The notes beneath the pieces were generated by a model. That model was not told the DNA's origin. It did not search any database and worked only from the letters and a program-made list of their open reading frames with translations. A stretch of 46,152 bases of DNA from Myxococcota bacterium (GTDB lineage: Bacteria > Myxococcota > UBA4151): positions 1-46,152 of the forward strand of contig JBDQPD010000013.1 in NCBI GenBank assembly GCA_040260805.1. The letters are read 5' to 3'. The position numbers were made by a program, and so were the translations under genes. Of the stretch, positions 27,129-36,186 are shown one piece after another. Every line of letters begins with the position of its first letter. The stretch's first letter is position 1.

Positions 27129-27959
27129 CTAACCCTGCAACAACTGCAGCGCGAGCTGTGGAATCGTGTTGGCCTGACTCAAGATGCTGACCGCAGCCTG
27201 CGAGCGAATCTGATTCTGCGCCAAGTTGGTCGACTCCACCGCATAATCCGTATCACGAATCACGTTCAATGTATTGAGCAACGCCTCTCGATCGTTAGCG
27301 CTGACATCAAAGGATGCCTGAAGCTGGGTGAAGGTAGCGGCCATCTGCGACCGACGCGTGTTCAACCGAGACAGCGCGATCCCCACTTGGTCTAGAGCAT
27401 TTTGCGCTGCCGTCATGGTGTTGACGTTCGCGTTACCGTGATCGAGGGATAAAGCGGCGAGGGTCATCGAGCGTAAAGAGAGAACGACCTGATTTCCTGC
27501 GCCACCAGCGACACCGACTTGAAAAGTCATCGTGTCCGAGACCGCAAGGCCTTGAACTCGATTCATGTGGGTCGTCTGAGCCAGGCGTTGGATCTCATCT
27601 TGCAGCGCGTTGAACTCGATCTGCGCTTCACTGCGATCCGTCTGGGTCATCGTTTCCGTAGCGTTTTTGGTCGCCAGCTCACGCATCCGGTTCAGCACAC
27701 GAAGAATCTCGCCGCTGGTGCCTTCCATAGCGCCAATCAGGTTCATTCCGTTGCGAGCGTTGCGGTTGACCGTTTCGAGACCGACAAGGTCTGAATCAAA
27801 TCGGATCGACATAGCGTAGGCGGTGGTGTCGTCAGCAGCGCGATTGAGCCGGTATCCGGAACTCATTCGGTCGGTGCTCACTTTGATCGCATCCTGGGCT
27901 CTATCCAGGTGTAAACGGGCAAAGCGCGCCGCCACGTTATGGTGGACGACTAAAGACAT
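27129..27959 (-). CDS. fliC: Flagellin (copy D, divergent, 276 aa)
   Basis: MSSGYRLNRAADD, RMRELA, IRDTDYAVE, SQANTIPQLALQLLQG. Confidence 0.9.
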   Translation of the reverse strand: MSLVVHHNVAARFARLHLDRAQDAIKVSTDRMSSGYRLNRAADDTTAYAMSIRFDSDLVGLETVNRNARNGMNLIGAMEGTSGEILRVLNRMRELATKNATETMTQTDRSEAQIEFNALQDEIQRLAQTTHMNRVQGLAVSDTMTFQVGVAGGAGNQVVLSLRSMTLAALSLDHGNANVNTMTAAQNALDQVGIALSRLNTRRSQMAATFTQLQASFDVSANDREALLNTLNVIRDTDYAVESTNLAQNQIRSQAAVSILSQANTIPQLALQLLQG

Positions 27960-27967
27960 TGGGTTGG

Positions 27968-28011
27968 CTCCGTGGACATCCGTGTCCGCCTGGAAAGCAT
28001 CCTTGCCTTCC
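27968..28011 (-). promoter_or_regulatory. Tandem putative CsrA sites in the flagellin D leader
   Basis: GGAAGGCA-AGGA-TGCTTTCC (27992-28011), GGACA-CGGA-TGTCC (27974-27987) and ACGGAG at the RBS. Confidence 0.75.
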
Positions 28012-28018
28012 AACCTTA

Positions 28019-28046
28019 GCAACGACCCAGGTTGAGTCCTTGTTTA
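28019..28046 (-). promoter_or_regulatory. Sigma28-like promoter for flagellin D-fliD-fliS
   Basis: TAAA-N16-GTCGTTGC; same architecture as upstream of flgM. Confidence 0.6.
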
Positions 28047-28060
28047 GGCCTGTCTCAAAA

Positions 28061-28507
28061 TTATTTTGTAGGCGCCTGAAAAAGCGGGGATTGCGTATCG
28101 AATTCTTTTCCGATTTGCACAGCCTGAACGGCGCGACGCTGCGCCAGATCAAGGATCAAGGGCGCCCGAAGGTTCGCCGTTGGTTTACCGTCACGAAAGC
28201 TCACCACCACCAACATACCCAGGCTATGATCCTTATCGTTCTCGAGCGAGAGCGGAGCGAGCTGGTCCTGCGTCAGCGATGGGCAATAATCAGGAAAGAA
28301 GTTCTCTGGGTTGACCACCACAAATGCGATGTCTTCACGCTCAATCGGGATCAACCAGAAAAATGGCGTACCGGGTCGGTGCGGCAAAAGCGCAAAGCGA
28401 CGACACTCGGAAAATCCTAGGATACCCGCTGGAAAGTTTAAGATCGCGTCGGCTTCAACCTCGATCTCGCCCAACCGGTGATTGGTAAAACTAAGGGTAT
28501 CACTCAT
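28061..28507 (-). CDS. fliW: Flagellar assembly factor FliW (CsrA antagonist)
   Basis: FPAGILGF, FFWL, AFVVVNP..FFPDY, TANLRAPLI; alternative start at 28528. Confidence 0.92.
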   Translation of the reverse strand: MSDTLSFTNHRLGEIEVEADAILNFPAGILGFSECRRFALLPHRPGTPFFWLIPIEREDIAFVVVNPENFFPDYCPSLTQDQLAPLSLENDKDHSLGMLVVVSFRDGKPTANLRAPLILDLAQRRAVQAVQIGKEFDTQSPLFQAPTK

Positions 28508-28775
28508 CTTCAGTTCCGCTTCTGCCATGATCGCCTTCGTCACCGCTGCCAACAAACGAATCTAAGAACGCATCCAATGCATCTCGATCCGGACCGTCTG
28601 CTGCGGCGCGGTTTTCTTCTTGAATCTTAATCCAAAGCTCTTCTCGGAAGACCTGCATCTCGCGCGGAGCTTCGATCCCAATACGCACCGTATTGCCTCT
28701 TATTTCGGAGACCACGATACGGATCGAATCACCAATACGTATTGCGTGGCCTTCTCGGCGGCTAAGGGTGAGCAT
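28500..28775 (-). CDS. csrA: Carbon storage regulator CsrA (long, FliW-associated type)
   Basis: MLTLSRREG, VRIGIEAP, FREELW..IQEENRAA with C-terminal extension; adjacent to fliW. Confidence 0.95.
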   Translation of the reverse strand: MLTLSRREGHAIRIGDSIRIVVSEIRGNTVRIGIEAPREMQVFREELWIKIQEENRAAADGPDRDALDAFLDSFVGSGDEGDHGRSGTEDE

Positions 28776-28844
28776 GGTCGTTGTCTAATTTCATCAAATT
28801 ATGGGGTGGGTTAACCTTATATCCTGGCAAAGGTCCACTGCCGA

Positions 28845-29744
28845 TCAGCGCATAAAGTTGAGCAGGCTCATACCCTGCACTCGTGCGGTGGCGGCGAGGC
28901 TGGCTTGATAGGCTGTTTGGCGTAAACTCATGGTCGCAGCCGCCTCGGCATAATCAGTATCTTCCACGATGCTTCGGAGGCGTTCAAGTTCGACGTCTTG
29001 GACCTCGTTAATCGATTCGTGAACCTCTAGGCGTTGGTACAAGGTTCCGATCTCAGATGTGGTCTGACTCAAACGGCTTACAGCGCTCTCAAAGCGATTG
29101 AGGGTATCCGCCACATCACCTTGGCTGTCGTTCGCCATGGCGTTTCGTAAATCGACCAACAAATCCAGAAGGTTCTCACCCCCATCTTCGCCGTTAAACT
29201 GCACCTCGGGATCGATCGTGACCCGAGAGCGAGCGCCGTCAGAGACGTCGAGTTCTATGAGCCCGTTGTCGCCATTGTATTGAGGCACACCGCCGACGTC
29301 GATCTGGTAAGGCGGTTGGTCGTTAGCAAATCCACCAAAGATAAACATATCATCATAGGTCGTATTAAGGAGGTCCAGCGCAGATTCGATCAGCCCCTCA
29401 GCGAGGTTCACCTGGCCGGTTCGCTCGCCATCATAGAAGCTGTCGGACATCTTTAGCGCTAACGACCGAGCAGAGTTTAAGACCCCCGACAAGCCGACAA
29501 CCGCTGACTCCGCACGGCTGAGCATTCCTCTGCCCGCCTCGACGTTCTCAGTGTAGGTGGCGATGTCGCCTTGTCGCCGAGCGATGCGAAGGACTCGAGC
29601 TGCCCCCTCTGGGTCTTCACCAGGGCGCTCAAAACGGCGGCCACTGCTCAACTGCCGTTCCACGCGGTCCATCCCAGCGAGCGTTCGGTTCATCGCCGAG
29701 ACGCGGCGCATATGAGAAGCGCTATGTGTCACTCGAAAGACCAT
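28845..29744 (-). CDS. flgL: Hook-associated protein 3
   Basis: QLSSGRRFERPGEDP, FIFGG, AYQASL...MSLLNFMR. Confidence 0.92.
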   Translation of the reverse strand: MVFRVTHSASHMRRVSAMNRTLAGMDRVERQLSSGRRFERPGEDPEGAARVLRIARRQGDIATYTENVEAGRGMLSRAESAVVGLSGVLNSARSLALKMSDSFYDGERTGQVNLAEGLIESALDLLNTTYDDMFIFGGFANDQPPYQIDVGGVPQYNGDNGLIELDVSDGARSRVTIDPEVQFNGEDGGENLLDLLVDLRNAMANDSQGDVADTLNRFESAVSRLSQTTSEIGTLYQRLEVHESINEVQDVELERLRSIVEDTDYAEAAATMSLRQTAYQASLAATARVQGMSLLNFMR

Positions 29745-29747
29745 CGA

Positions 29748-31175
29748 TTACCTCTTCATCGCCAAGATAGTTTGCAGCACCTCGTCGGCGGTGGTGACCA
29801 CCTTTGCTGAGGCTTCGAACGCTGTCTGGACTTTGACCAACTCAGCCAACTCCTCATCAACACTCACGCCTGACAGCGCCTCTCGAAGCGCAGTGCTCTG
29901 CTCCATTCGGGCGTCATAGTTGTCGCTATCGCGACGGGCTCGAGCCACTTGGTCACCGATCTGACGTACCTGATCCGACCAGTTATCGTGAGGGCGGCTG
30001 CCGTTGATAATCGTCGCGTCTTCAAGCGCAGCGAGCGCCAACGCATTTTCGTTGTTACCGGGCGAGCCGTTCGCCGTACTCGAGGCAGCAATAAGGCTTG
30101 GGTCGGCGAGCATCGCAGGGTCAACGACAATCGCCTGAGCCGCACCATTCACCACATTGATGGAGGTGAAGAAGTTCTGCGCATTAATCGGCGGATTGCC
30201 ACCTACCGCCAAACTAAATCCAGCTTGGTGCTGGTTGTTCACCTCGGAGACTAAAGAGAACGCCAGTTGGTTGAGCCGATCAAGCGCATCACCCGAGATG
30301 TTATCACGAGCATTAAGTTTGCCCCCTAATTCTCCGCCAATCACCGAGTGGGTCACGTCGGCTGGCTTGGTGCCATCTGCGTCGGTATAACGGACCATGG
30401 CTAGGCCGCTGTTGTTCGGATCCGCCTCAGTAGTCAGAATACCCGAGCGCCGACCTGACACCAAGGTATGTCCGCTGCTCATCTGCACAATCGTGTGCCC
30501 CTGGGAGTCGGTATGTGAACGAATCTGAACCAGCTCGGCGATACGGCGCACGACACGCTGACGCTGGTCTCGTAGGTCATTAGCCACGCCCACGTCGGAC
30601 TCGACGTCAAGAATCTCACGGTTTAAATCAGCGACCGTCGCCGACAACTGAGTGATCTCGGCGGCGTGAGCCGACAACTCAGCGTCAAGGTCGGATCGCA
30701 GCGTCTCAATCCGATCAGCGGCGCTAGCGAATCGCCGAGCGAGATCCTCTCCACGAGCCAAAACCTCAGTCCGTTGAACGAGCGAACCAGGGTTGCGACT
30801 CAGATCACGGAAGCTGTTAAAGAAAGCGGTCATTCCTGATGAGACACCCCAAGATTCGTCGGTGTAGACCACCTCCATCTGACTTAGAAAGTTCAGTCGA
30901 GCCTGCGCTTCGTGCTGATCTGAAGCATCTTGATCTAAGCGGCGCTCGACTAGACCTTGACCCATACGCTGGATGGAATCGATGCGGACGCCACCGCCGA
31001 GGGGTCCGATGGCGCTCGCTGTTGGGGGGAGCGTATTGTAGTTGGCGCGCTGACGTGTGTATCCCTCGACACCTGAGTTGGCCAAGTTGTGTCCGACCGT
31101 ATCCAGCGCCGTTCGATGAGCCAGCAGGCTGTTTCTGCCGATGCTCAGGGTCGTAAACGTTCCGCGTACGCTCAT
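29748..31175 (-). CDS. flgK: Hook-associated protein 1
   Basis: GHNLANSGVEGYTRQ, NDLRDQR, SGVSVDEE, AFEASAKV. Confidence 0.93.
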   Translation of the reverse strand: MSVRGTFTTLSIGRNSLLAHRTALDTVGHNLANSGVEGYTRQRANYNTLPPTASAIGPLGGGVRIDSIQRMGQGLVERRLDQDASDQHEAQARLNFLSQMEVVYTDESWGVSSGMTAFFNSFRDLSRNPGSLVQRTEVLARGEDLARRFASAADRIETLRSDLDAELSAHAAEITQLSATVADLNREILDVESDVGVANDLRDQRQRVVRRIAELVQIRSHTDSQGHTIVQMSSGHTLVSGRRSGILTTEADPNNSGLAMVRYTDADGTKPADVTHSVIGGELGGKLNARDNISGDALDRLNQLAFSLVSEVNNQHQAGFSLAVGGNPPINAQNFFTSINVVNGAAQAIVVDPAMLADPSLIAASSTANGSPGNNENALALAALEDATIINGSRPHDNWSDQVRQIGDQVARARRDSDNYDARMEQSTALREALSGVSVDEELAELVKVQTAFEASAKVVTTADEVLQTILAMKR

Positions 31176-31177
31176 GA

Positions 31178-31471
31178 CTACACGCTCTCGCTGAGAATCT
31201 GGCCGGCGCGCGACACACCCTCTTGACCGTACGAAGTGCTCGCGCCGAGGACTTGATTGAGGAGCGATAGACCGCTGCGAGCCAATAAACCGTTTGCTCG
31301 ATTCTTCTGAATCAACTCAACGAGCTGCGCCTCCGAAGGGGGGTGGTCCTTCATAGCGTCCATCAACACACTTTTTTGATCCGCAAAAAGAAGCACCGCC
31401 GCTGCGTCACCACGACGCAGGGCGGCTTCTTCTTCAACCAACAGGGCCGCTAACTGATCGGCCGGCTGCAT
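31178..31471 (-). CDS. flgN: FlgN-like export chaperone (short)
   Basis: 'EEEAALRRGD...KNRANGLL'; located between flgM and flgK. Confidence 0.65.
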   Translation of the reverse strand: MQPADQLAALLVEEEAALRRGDAAAVLLFADQKSVLMDAMKDHPPSEAQLVELIQKNRANGLLARSGLSLLNQVLGASTSYGQEGVSRAGQILSESV

Positions 31472-31474
31472 GGA

Positions 31475-31786
31475 TCAGTCCTTTTCGCTGTTTAGCGCAG
31501 CGAAGAAGGCACGATCCTCCATGATCGAACGTGCAATATCAGCAGGGTTGAGTGCATAAGATCCTGATGCGACCTGCTGCCGAAGTCCGTCTAAACGAGC
31601 CTCGTCAGATGCAGTCAACTCTTTGGTTGCTGCCTTGATCGCACCCTCAAACCGCTTCACGCTTAGATCCACACGCGAAGCAGATGCACCCTCGACCGCT
31701 TTCGGGGCAGCCAGCCCCTCTTTACGCTCGACCGCAGATGCCGGTTTAGGCACCCCGGTGGTTTTTCCTAAGGAGTCGATACTCAT
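31475..31786 (-). CDS. flgM: Anti-sigma28 factor
   Basis: RVDLS...RLDGLRQQVASGSYALNPADIARSI; AAGGAGG RBS. Confidence 0.88.
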   Translation of the reverse strand: MSIDSLGKTTGVPKPASAVERKEGLAAPKAVEGASASRVDLSVKRFEGAIKAATKELTASDEARLDGLRQQVASGSYALNPADIARSIMEDRAFFAALNSEKD

Positions 31787-31846
31787 CGTCCCCTCCTTCC
31801 TATGCGCCAAGCCTTCCGTGGCACCGCGCAAGAATGTTCATACCGC

Positions 31847-31874
31847 TCAACGACGCGTTGGTCGGGCGGCTTTA
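31847..31874 (-). promoter_or_regulatory. Sigma28-like promoter for the flgM operon
   Basis: TAAA-N16-GTCGTTGA. Confidence 0.6.
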
Positions 31875-31975
31875 ATTTTTTATCCACGACCCTAAGGGTC
31901 GTTTAGGTAGGAATAGTCCCACATCAGCCCTAACAACGAACCAAAGCGAGCGGATCTTTATCTAATTTCTTCGAA

Positions 31976-32704
31976 TCAACGGCCGCTAAGCGCCACACCC
32001 AAGCCTTTAGATTCTAAAAAAGGCTCCGGATTGATGGGTTTTCCGCCCTGACGCACCTCGAAGTGCAGGTGAGGGCCAGTGCTTTGGCCCGTCGAGCCGA
32101 CCGTTCCCACAAGATCGCCTCGGCTCAGCCGCTGCCCCAGTGAAACGTCGATACGGTCCAAGTGCGCGTAGCGCGTGTGGGTCCCATCAGCATGGCGTAA
32201 TTCAACCAGGTTGCCATAGCCACCTTTTGGTCCCGCAAAGACGACCTCTGCGTTGAGGATTGAGCGCACAGGGGTTCCTGTCGGCGCCGCATAATCCACG
32301 CCGGTGTGGTGGTGATGTACACCCGTAATCGGATGAACCCGAGGCCCATACGCGCTGGTTCGCACCAGATCACCTGATAAGGGGTTCAGGGGGCCTCGAT
32401 CCGCTGTGGGTACTCGGTCACCCATCTGGCGAACGATCGCTTCAGCGATACCAAAACCCTGCTGCTTCGAGGCTTGGTCCGCATATTCTTGGTGCAACAT
32501 GTCGCGCCAAACTCCGCCGCCAAAACCGCCAGAGACAGCGGAGTCGTCTGCCTCGGGCATCGAATCGAGCAACATTTTGATAAACATCGCCTCAAAGGCT
32601 TTGGCTGCCGCTTCGACGCCGCCAGCCTTCAGCTCGCTCGCTGGATCCGATTTTGTGCGCGCCGCCTGCTGATAGGCAGCGAGCTGTGCCATCGAGGTCT
32701 TCAT
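31976..32704 (-). CDS. flgJ: FlgJ rod-binding domain fused to an M23 peptidase
   Basis: AAKAFEAMFIKMLLDSM...GFGIAEAIVRQ, then HTGVD, YAHL, STGPHLHFE; follows flgI. Confidence 0.85.
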   Translation of the reverse strand: MKTSMAQLAAYQQAARTKSDPASELKAGGVEAAAKAFEAMFIKMLLDSMPEADDSAVSGGFGGGVWRDMLHQEYADQASKQQGFGIAEAIVRQMGDRVPTADRGPLNPLSGDLVRTSAYGPRVHPITGVHHHHTGVDYAAPTGTPVRSILNAEVVFAGPKGGYGNLVELRHADGTHTRYAHLDRIDVSLGQRLSRGDLVGTVGSTGQSTGPHLHFEVRQGGKPINPEPFLESKGLGVALSGR

Positions 32705-33789
32705 AGGACTTCGAGTTCTGCCTCAAGCGCGCCGGCGGTCCGCATCGCCTGTAAGATGGCGATCAGATCACGAGTGCTCACACCCAAGGCGTTCAAGGCA
32801 CGCACCACTCGACCCAGCGTCGCGCCCTGCTTGACCACGGCTAGGCCCGTGCTCTGCTCGGTCACGGTCACCGTTTCGTTCGCCTGAACCGCAGTGCCAC
32901 CCGCGGCGAACTCGTTGGGCTGGACAACCTTTTGATCGGCTTCAACCTGCAGCACCAAATTACCATGACTGATCGCCACGGTGCTGATGCGGACACCCTC
33001 ACCCATGACGATGGTCCCAGTGCGCTCGTTAACGATCACCCGAGCCACTGCATCTTTTTGAATCTGAAGGTTCTCAATGCCGGCGATCAACTCGACCGGT
33101 CGCCCCTCAAAGCGCTCCGGCATCTGCACTTCGATACTGCCCGGATCCAAAGCCCTTGCGACCCGTGTCCCAAGAGCTTCGTTGATCACCTTCGAGACCC
33201 GGGCCGCCGTGGTGAAATCTGGGCGGTGCAGCTGAACTCGAAGCGGCTGCCCTGGGGTGAGGCTTCTGGGTGCGGCGCGCTCAACAATCGCGCCGCCAGG
33301 AATCGCGCCAACCGTGGGATGATTCTTTTGTGTTTGTCCACCGCCGGCGCCGCCGAGCGAGAACCCGCCAATGCTCAGCGGTCCCTGGACCAACGCGTAC
33401 ACTTTGCCATCAGCGCCTTTGAGGCGCGTCATCAACAACGTGCCCCCTTGCAAACTCTTGGCGTTGCCCGTCGATGATACCGACACATCAAGCTTTTGCC
33501 CCGGCCGAGCAAAGGGCGGAAGCTTCGTCGTCACCATCACCGCAGCCACGTTCTTGACTCGAATCTCACGCTCAGAAACGTTGACGCCTTGACGCTGCAT
33601 CAACGCAGCCAAACTCTTGACGGTAAACCGAGCAGAGTCGTTATCGCCTTGTCCGTTGAGACCGACCACAAGCCCGTAACCGGTCAGATGGTTCGCTCGA
33701 ACGCCCTCAAAGGACGCAAGCTCTTTGAGCCGCGTCGCTTCGGCGGGCGCCGCAATTAATACCGTAGAAAGAACGAGAAGACTTCGCAT
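32701..33789 (-). CDS. flgI: Flagellar P-ring protein
   Basis: GYGLVVGLNGQGD, KNVAAVMVT, NERTGTIVMG, AGALEAELEV. Confidence 0.97.
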   Translation of the reverse strand: MRSLLVLSTVLIAAPAEATRLKELASFEGVRANHLTGYGLVVGLNGQGDNDSARFTVKSLAALMQRQGVNVSEREIRVKNVAAVMVTTKLPPFARPGQKLDVSVSSTGNAKSLQGGTLLMTRLKGADGKVYALVQGPLSIGGFSLGGAGGGQTQKNHPTVGAIPGGAIVERAAPRSLTPGQPLRVQLHRPDFTTAARVSKVINEALGTRVARALDPGSIEVQMPERFEGRPVELIAGIENLQIQKDAVARVIVNERTGTIVMGEGVRISTVAISHGNLVLQVEADQKVVQPNEFAAGGTAVQANETVTVTEQSTGLAVVKQGATLGRVVRALNALGVSTRDLIAILQAMRTAGALEAELEVL

Positions 33790-33798
33790 ACAGATCCT

Positions 33799-34491
33799 CT
33801 AAAATGGCCAGATCACGTCGAGCACGCCGTGAAGCCAGCCCTGTCGCGCTTGATTGGTGAGGCTTCCGCGCCCGGTAAACTCCATCTCGGCTTCGGCGAT
33901 GCGAGCAGATGGGATTTCATTAAGGTCGTTGATGTCGTCGCGCCGAACCAAACCTGAGATATAGAAATGATGCTCTTCTTGGTTCACCTGAATCACGCGA
34001 TGACCCTCGATGCGAAGCAGACCTGAGCGGTTTCGCCCCACGACCACTGCGGGGATGGTCGCCTGGACTGACGTGGTCCGATCACTGGATCCAGCGCCTT
34101 TAAACTTCGACGTGTTGCTGGCGTCTACCATCGTAGCGGGGGTGATTCGATCATCGGCGGCCGAAAGCTGGGTCATCAGCCCGAGCATGGCGGTGATCCC
34201 AGCTTGATAGGAGCTTTGACGGTCAAGCTTGGTGTTCGCCTCACCGTCAGCGAGACTCTGTTCATCAATGCGCACGGTCACCACATCACCCGTGCGTGTG
34301 GCCCGCCGGTAAGCGAACAGGTCATCGCCATCATCGACAAAAAGGCTTCCTGCGCTGGGTTTAGGATCTCGGGATGAGTCCAGCCCCCGTGTCTCAATCT
34401 TCGACCAGTCTCGGGTGCGAGGCGCGTAGCTCTCAATATGCTTGACGCAGCCGCTCATCAGCAACGCAGCAAGTCCAATCATTCGAATCAT
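33799..34491 (-). CDS. flgH: Flagellar L-ring lipoprotein
   Basis: Lipobox MSGC, GDVVTVRIDE, ISGLVRRDDI, C-terminal WPF. Confidence 0.93.
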   Translation of the reverse strand: MIRMIGLAALLMSGCVKHIESYAPRTRDWSKIETRGLDSSRDPKPSAGSLFVDDGDDLFAYRRATRTGDVVTVRIDEQSLADGEANTKLDRQSSYQAGITAMLGLMTQLSAADDRITPATMVDASNTSKFKGAGSSDRTTSVQATIPAVVVGRNRSGLLRIEGHRVIQVNQEEHHFYISGLVRRDDINDLNEIPSARIAEAEMEFTGRGSLTNQARQGWLHGVLDVIWPF

Positions 34492-35390
34492 GGGGTAACC
34501 TCCACTAAACCGGGTCCTCGTACCCAGCCTTGTAAGCGACGTCCGCTCGATAAATTACGAACCGAAACGCGCTGGCCGACCGCAGCATCAGCGAGCGCTT
34601 CGCCTGCTGTGGACACCGAGACGCTGTCGTGGCGAAGTTCAATACGGACGCGCTGCCCGCGATGGACAACAGGCGGAGCTTTCATATCATTTCTTGTCAC
34701 CACGCGCCCCGTTGCGATCCGACGACTCGCCAGCATTCCAGAGATCTGGAAGCGACCAAGGGCGCGCGCCGGAACACGGCTCAACTCCATCGTCTCCAGA
34801 GTAAAGTCTGAGGCCGTGATCTTACGTCGTGCTGAGATGGTTTGGCGAGCGACTCGCACCTGCGCCTTCCCTTGAATGGTCACTTGGGGATAGCGCCGCA
34901 TGACCAGCTGACCTCGACGACGAATCTCAAGCTTGAACGCAGACCGAGCCGTAAAAGGGTTCTGGCTCACCGGTAGGACCGAGGTGATTCGAGAACCAGG
35001 TGGAACCTTGAACTCCGTCACATTTTGGAAGGCGCGAACGCTGTTGATCTCGCCATTGTTTCCCAGGCGTTTTTTCAGGTAGCTCGTGATCGCTTGGAGC
35101 TGCTGCTCGGCGGTGATCACATCGGCGCGCCCGACCAATTCGATCTGGGCGGGCACGCGGACACCTTGAACTTTTGCGGCGCGCAGCAAACGCCTGAGGT
35201 ATGGACCCCCAATACGGCGCATTTGACCCGCAGCGGGCGCCTGACCCAGGCCGACCTCTCGCATGCGCTGAACGTCGCCAAGGGTCACCGCAGATTCGCC
35301 GATCAAATCGGCAGCGGTGATCCTGCCTTCGGCGACCTCGATACGGGTCGGCAAAATAACCAAAGCTGCGAGAACAAGAGCGGTCATCAT
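34488..35390 (-). CDS. flgA: P-ring assembly chaperone
   Basis: SAF-like region, VHRGQRV, GEALADAAVGQRVSVRNLSSGR; between flgG and flgH. Confidence 0.85.
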   Translation of the reverse strand: MMTALVLAALVILPTRIEVAEGRITAADLIGESAVTLGDVQRMREVGLGQAPAAGQMRRIGGPYLRRLLRAAKVQGVRVPAQIELVGRADVITAEQQLQAITSYLKKRLGNNGEINSVRAFQNVTEFKVPPGSRITSVLPVSQNPFTARSAFKLEIRRRGQLVMRRYPQVTIQGKAQVRVARQTISARRKITASDFTLETMELSRVPARALGRFQISGMLASRRIATGRVVTRNDMKAPPVVHRGQRVRIELRHDSVSVSTAGEALADAAVGQRVSVRNLSSGRRLQGWVRGPGLVEVTP

Positions 35391-36175
35391 CAGCGTAAAT
35401 TCGTCGCCGAACGCAACATCTCATCCGAGGCCGTGATCACTTTGGAATTCGCCTCGTAGGAGCGCTGACCAACGATCAAGCTCACCATCTCTTCAACCAC
35501 GTTAACGTTGCTGGTTTCGATGTAACCCTGCGATAAAGAACCGATCCCGGTGTCACCAGGGTTGCCAACGACCGCCTGACCGGACGCATTGGTTTGCTGA
35601 AGCAGGTTTCGACCTAAGGCGCGCAAACCGCCCGGGTTGGTGAATCGAGCTAACTGGACCTGTCCCAGCTCGGTGGCCTGCGTTTGCCCAGCCTGAAGCA
35701 CGGAAACGATACCGTTGGCGGCGACCGTCATCGAGATGGTGTCGGGCGGCAGCACCACCTGTGGCTCAAGCGGAAACCCGTCCGGAGTCACCATTCGACC
35801 CTGGTTATCCACGGTAAAGTTGCCTGCGCGCGTAAAAGCGACCTCACCGCTCGGCTGAGTGACCTGAAAGAAGCCCTCACCCTCGATGGCTAAGTCGTAG
35901 GTGTTGTTGGTGTGCGTCATACTCCCCTGCGAGAAGTCCCGGCGGGTGCTGACATGACGCGTACCAAGCCCGACTTGAATACCGCTCGGACTCTCGGTGC
36001 CTTGACCTGTCGAGGTTCCAGGCGCTTTGACCGTTTGGTAGAGCAGATCCTGAAACTCGGCGCGCCCTTTTTTGTAGCCATTGGTGTTGACGTTCGCCAG
36101 GTTGTTGGACGTGACGTCCATCTTCTTTTCCTGGGCATCCATACCCGTGGCTGCGATGTGCAGTGCTCGAAGCAT
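35390..36175 (-). CDS. flgG: Distal rod protein
   Basis: SNNLANVNTNGYK, FQDLLYQ, ETSNVNVVEEMV, QRSYEANSK. Confidence 0.97.
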   Translation of the reverse strand: MLRALHIAATGMDAQEKKMDVTSNNLANVNTNGYKKGRAEFQDLLYQTVKAPGTSTGQGTESPSGIQVGLGTRHVSTRRDFSQGSMTHTNNTYDLAIEGEGFFQVTQPSGEVAFTRAGNFTVDNQGRMVTPDGFPLEPQVVLPPDTISMTVAANGIVSVLQAGQTQATELGQVQLARFTNPGGLRALGRNLLQQTNASGQAVVGNPGDTGIGSLSQGYIETSNVNVVEEMVSLIVGQRSYEANSKVITASDEMLRSATNLR

Positions 36176-36186
36176 TCCTTACTCCT

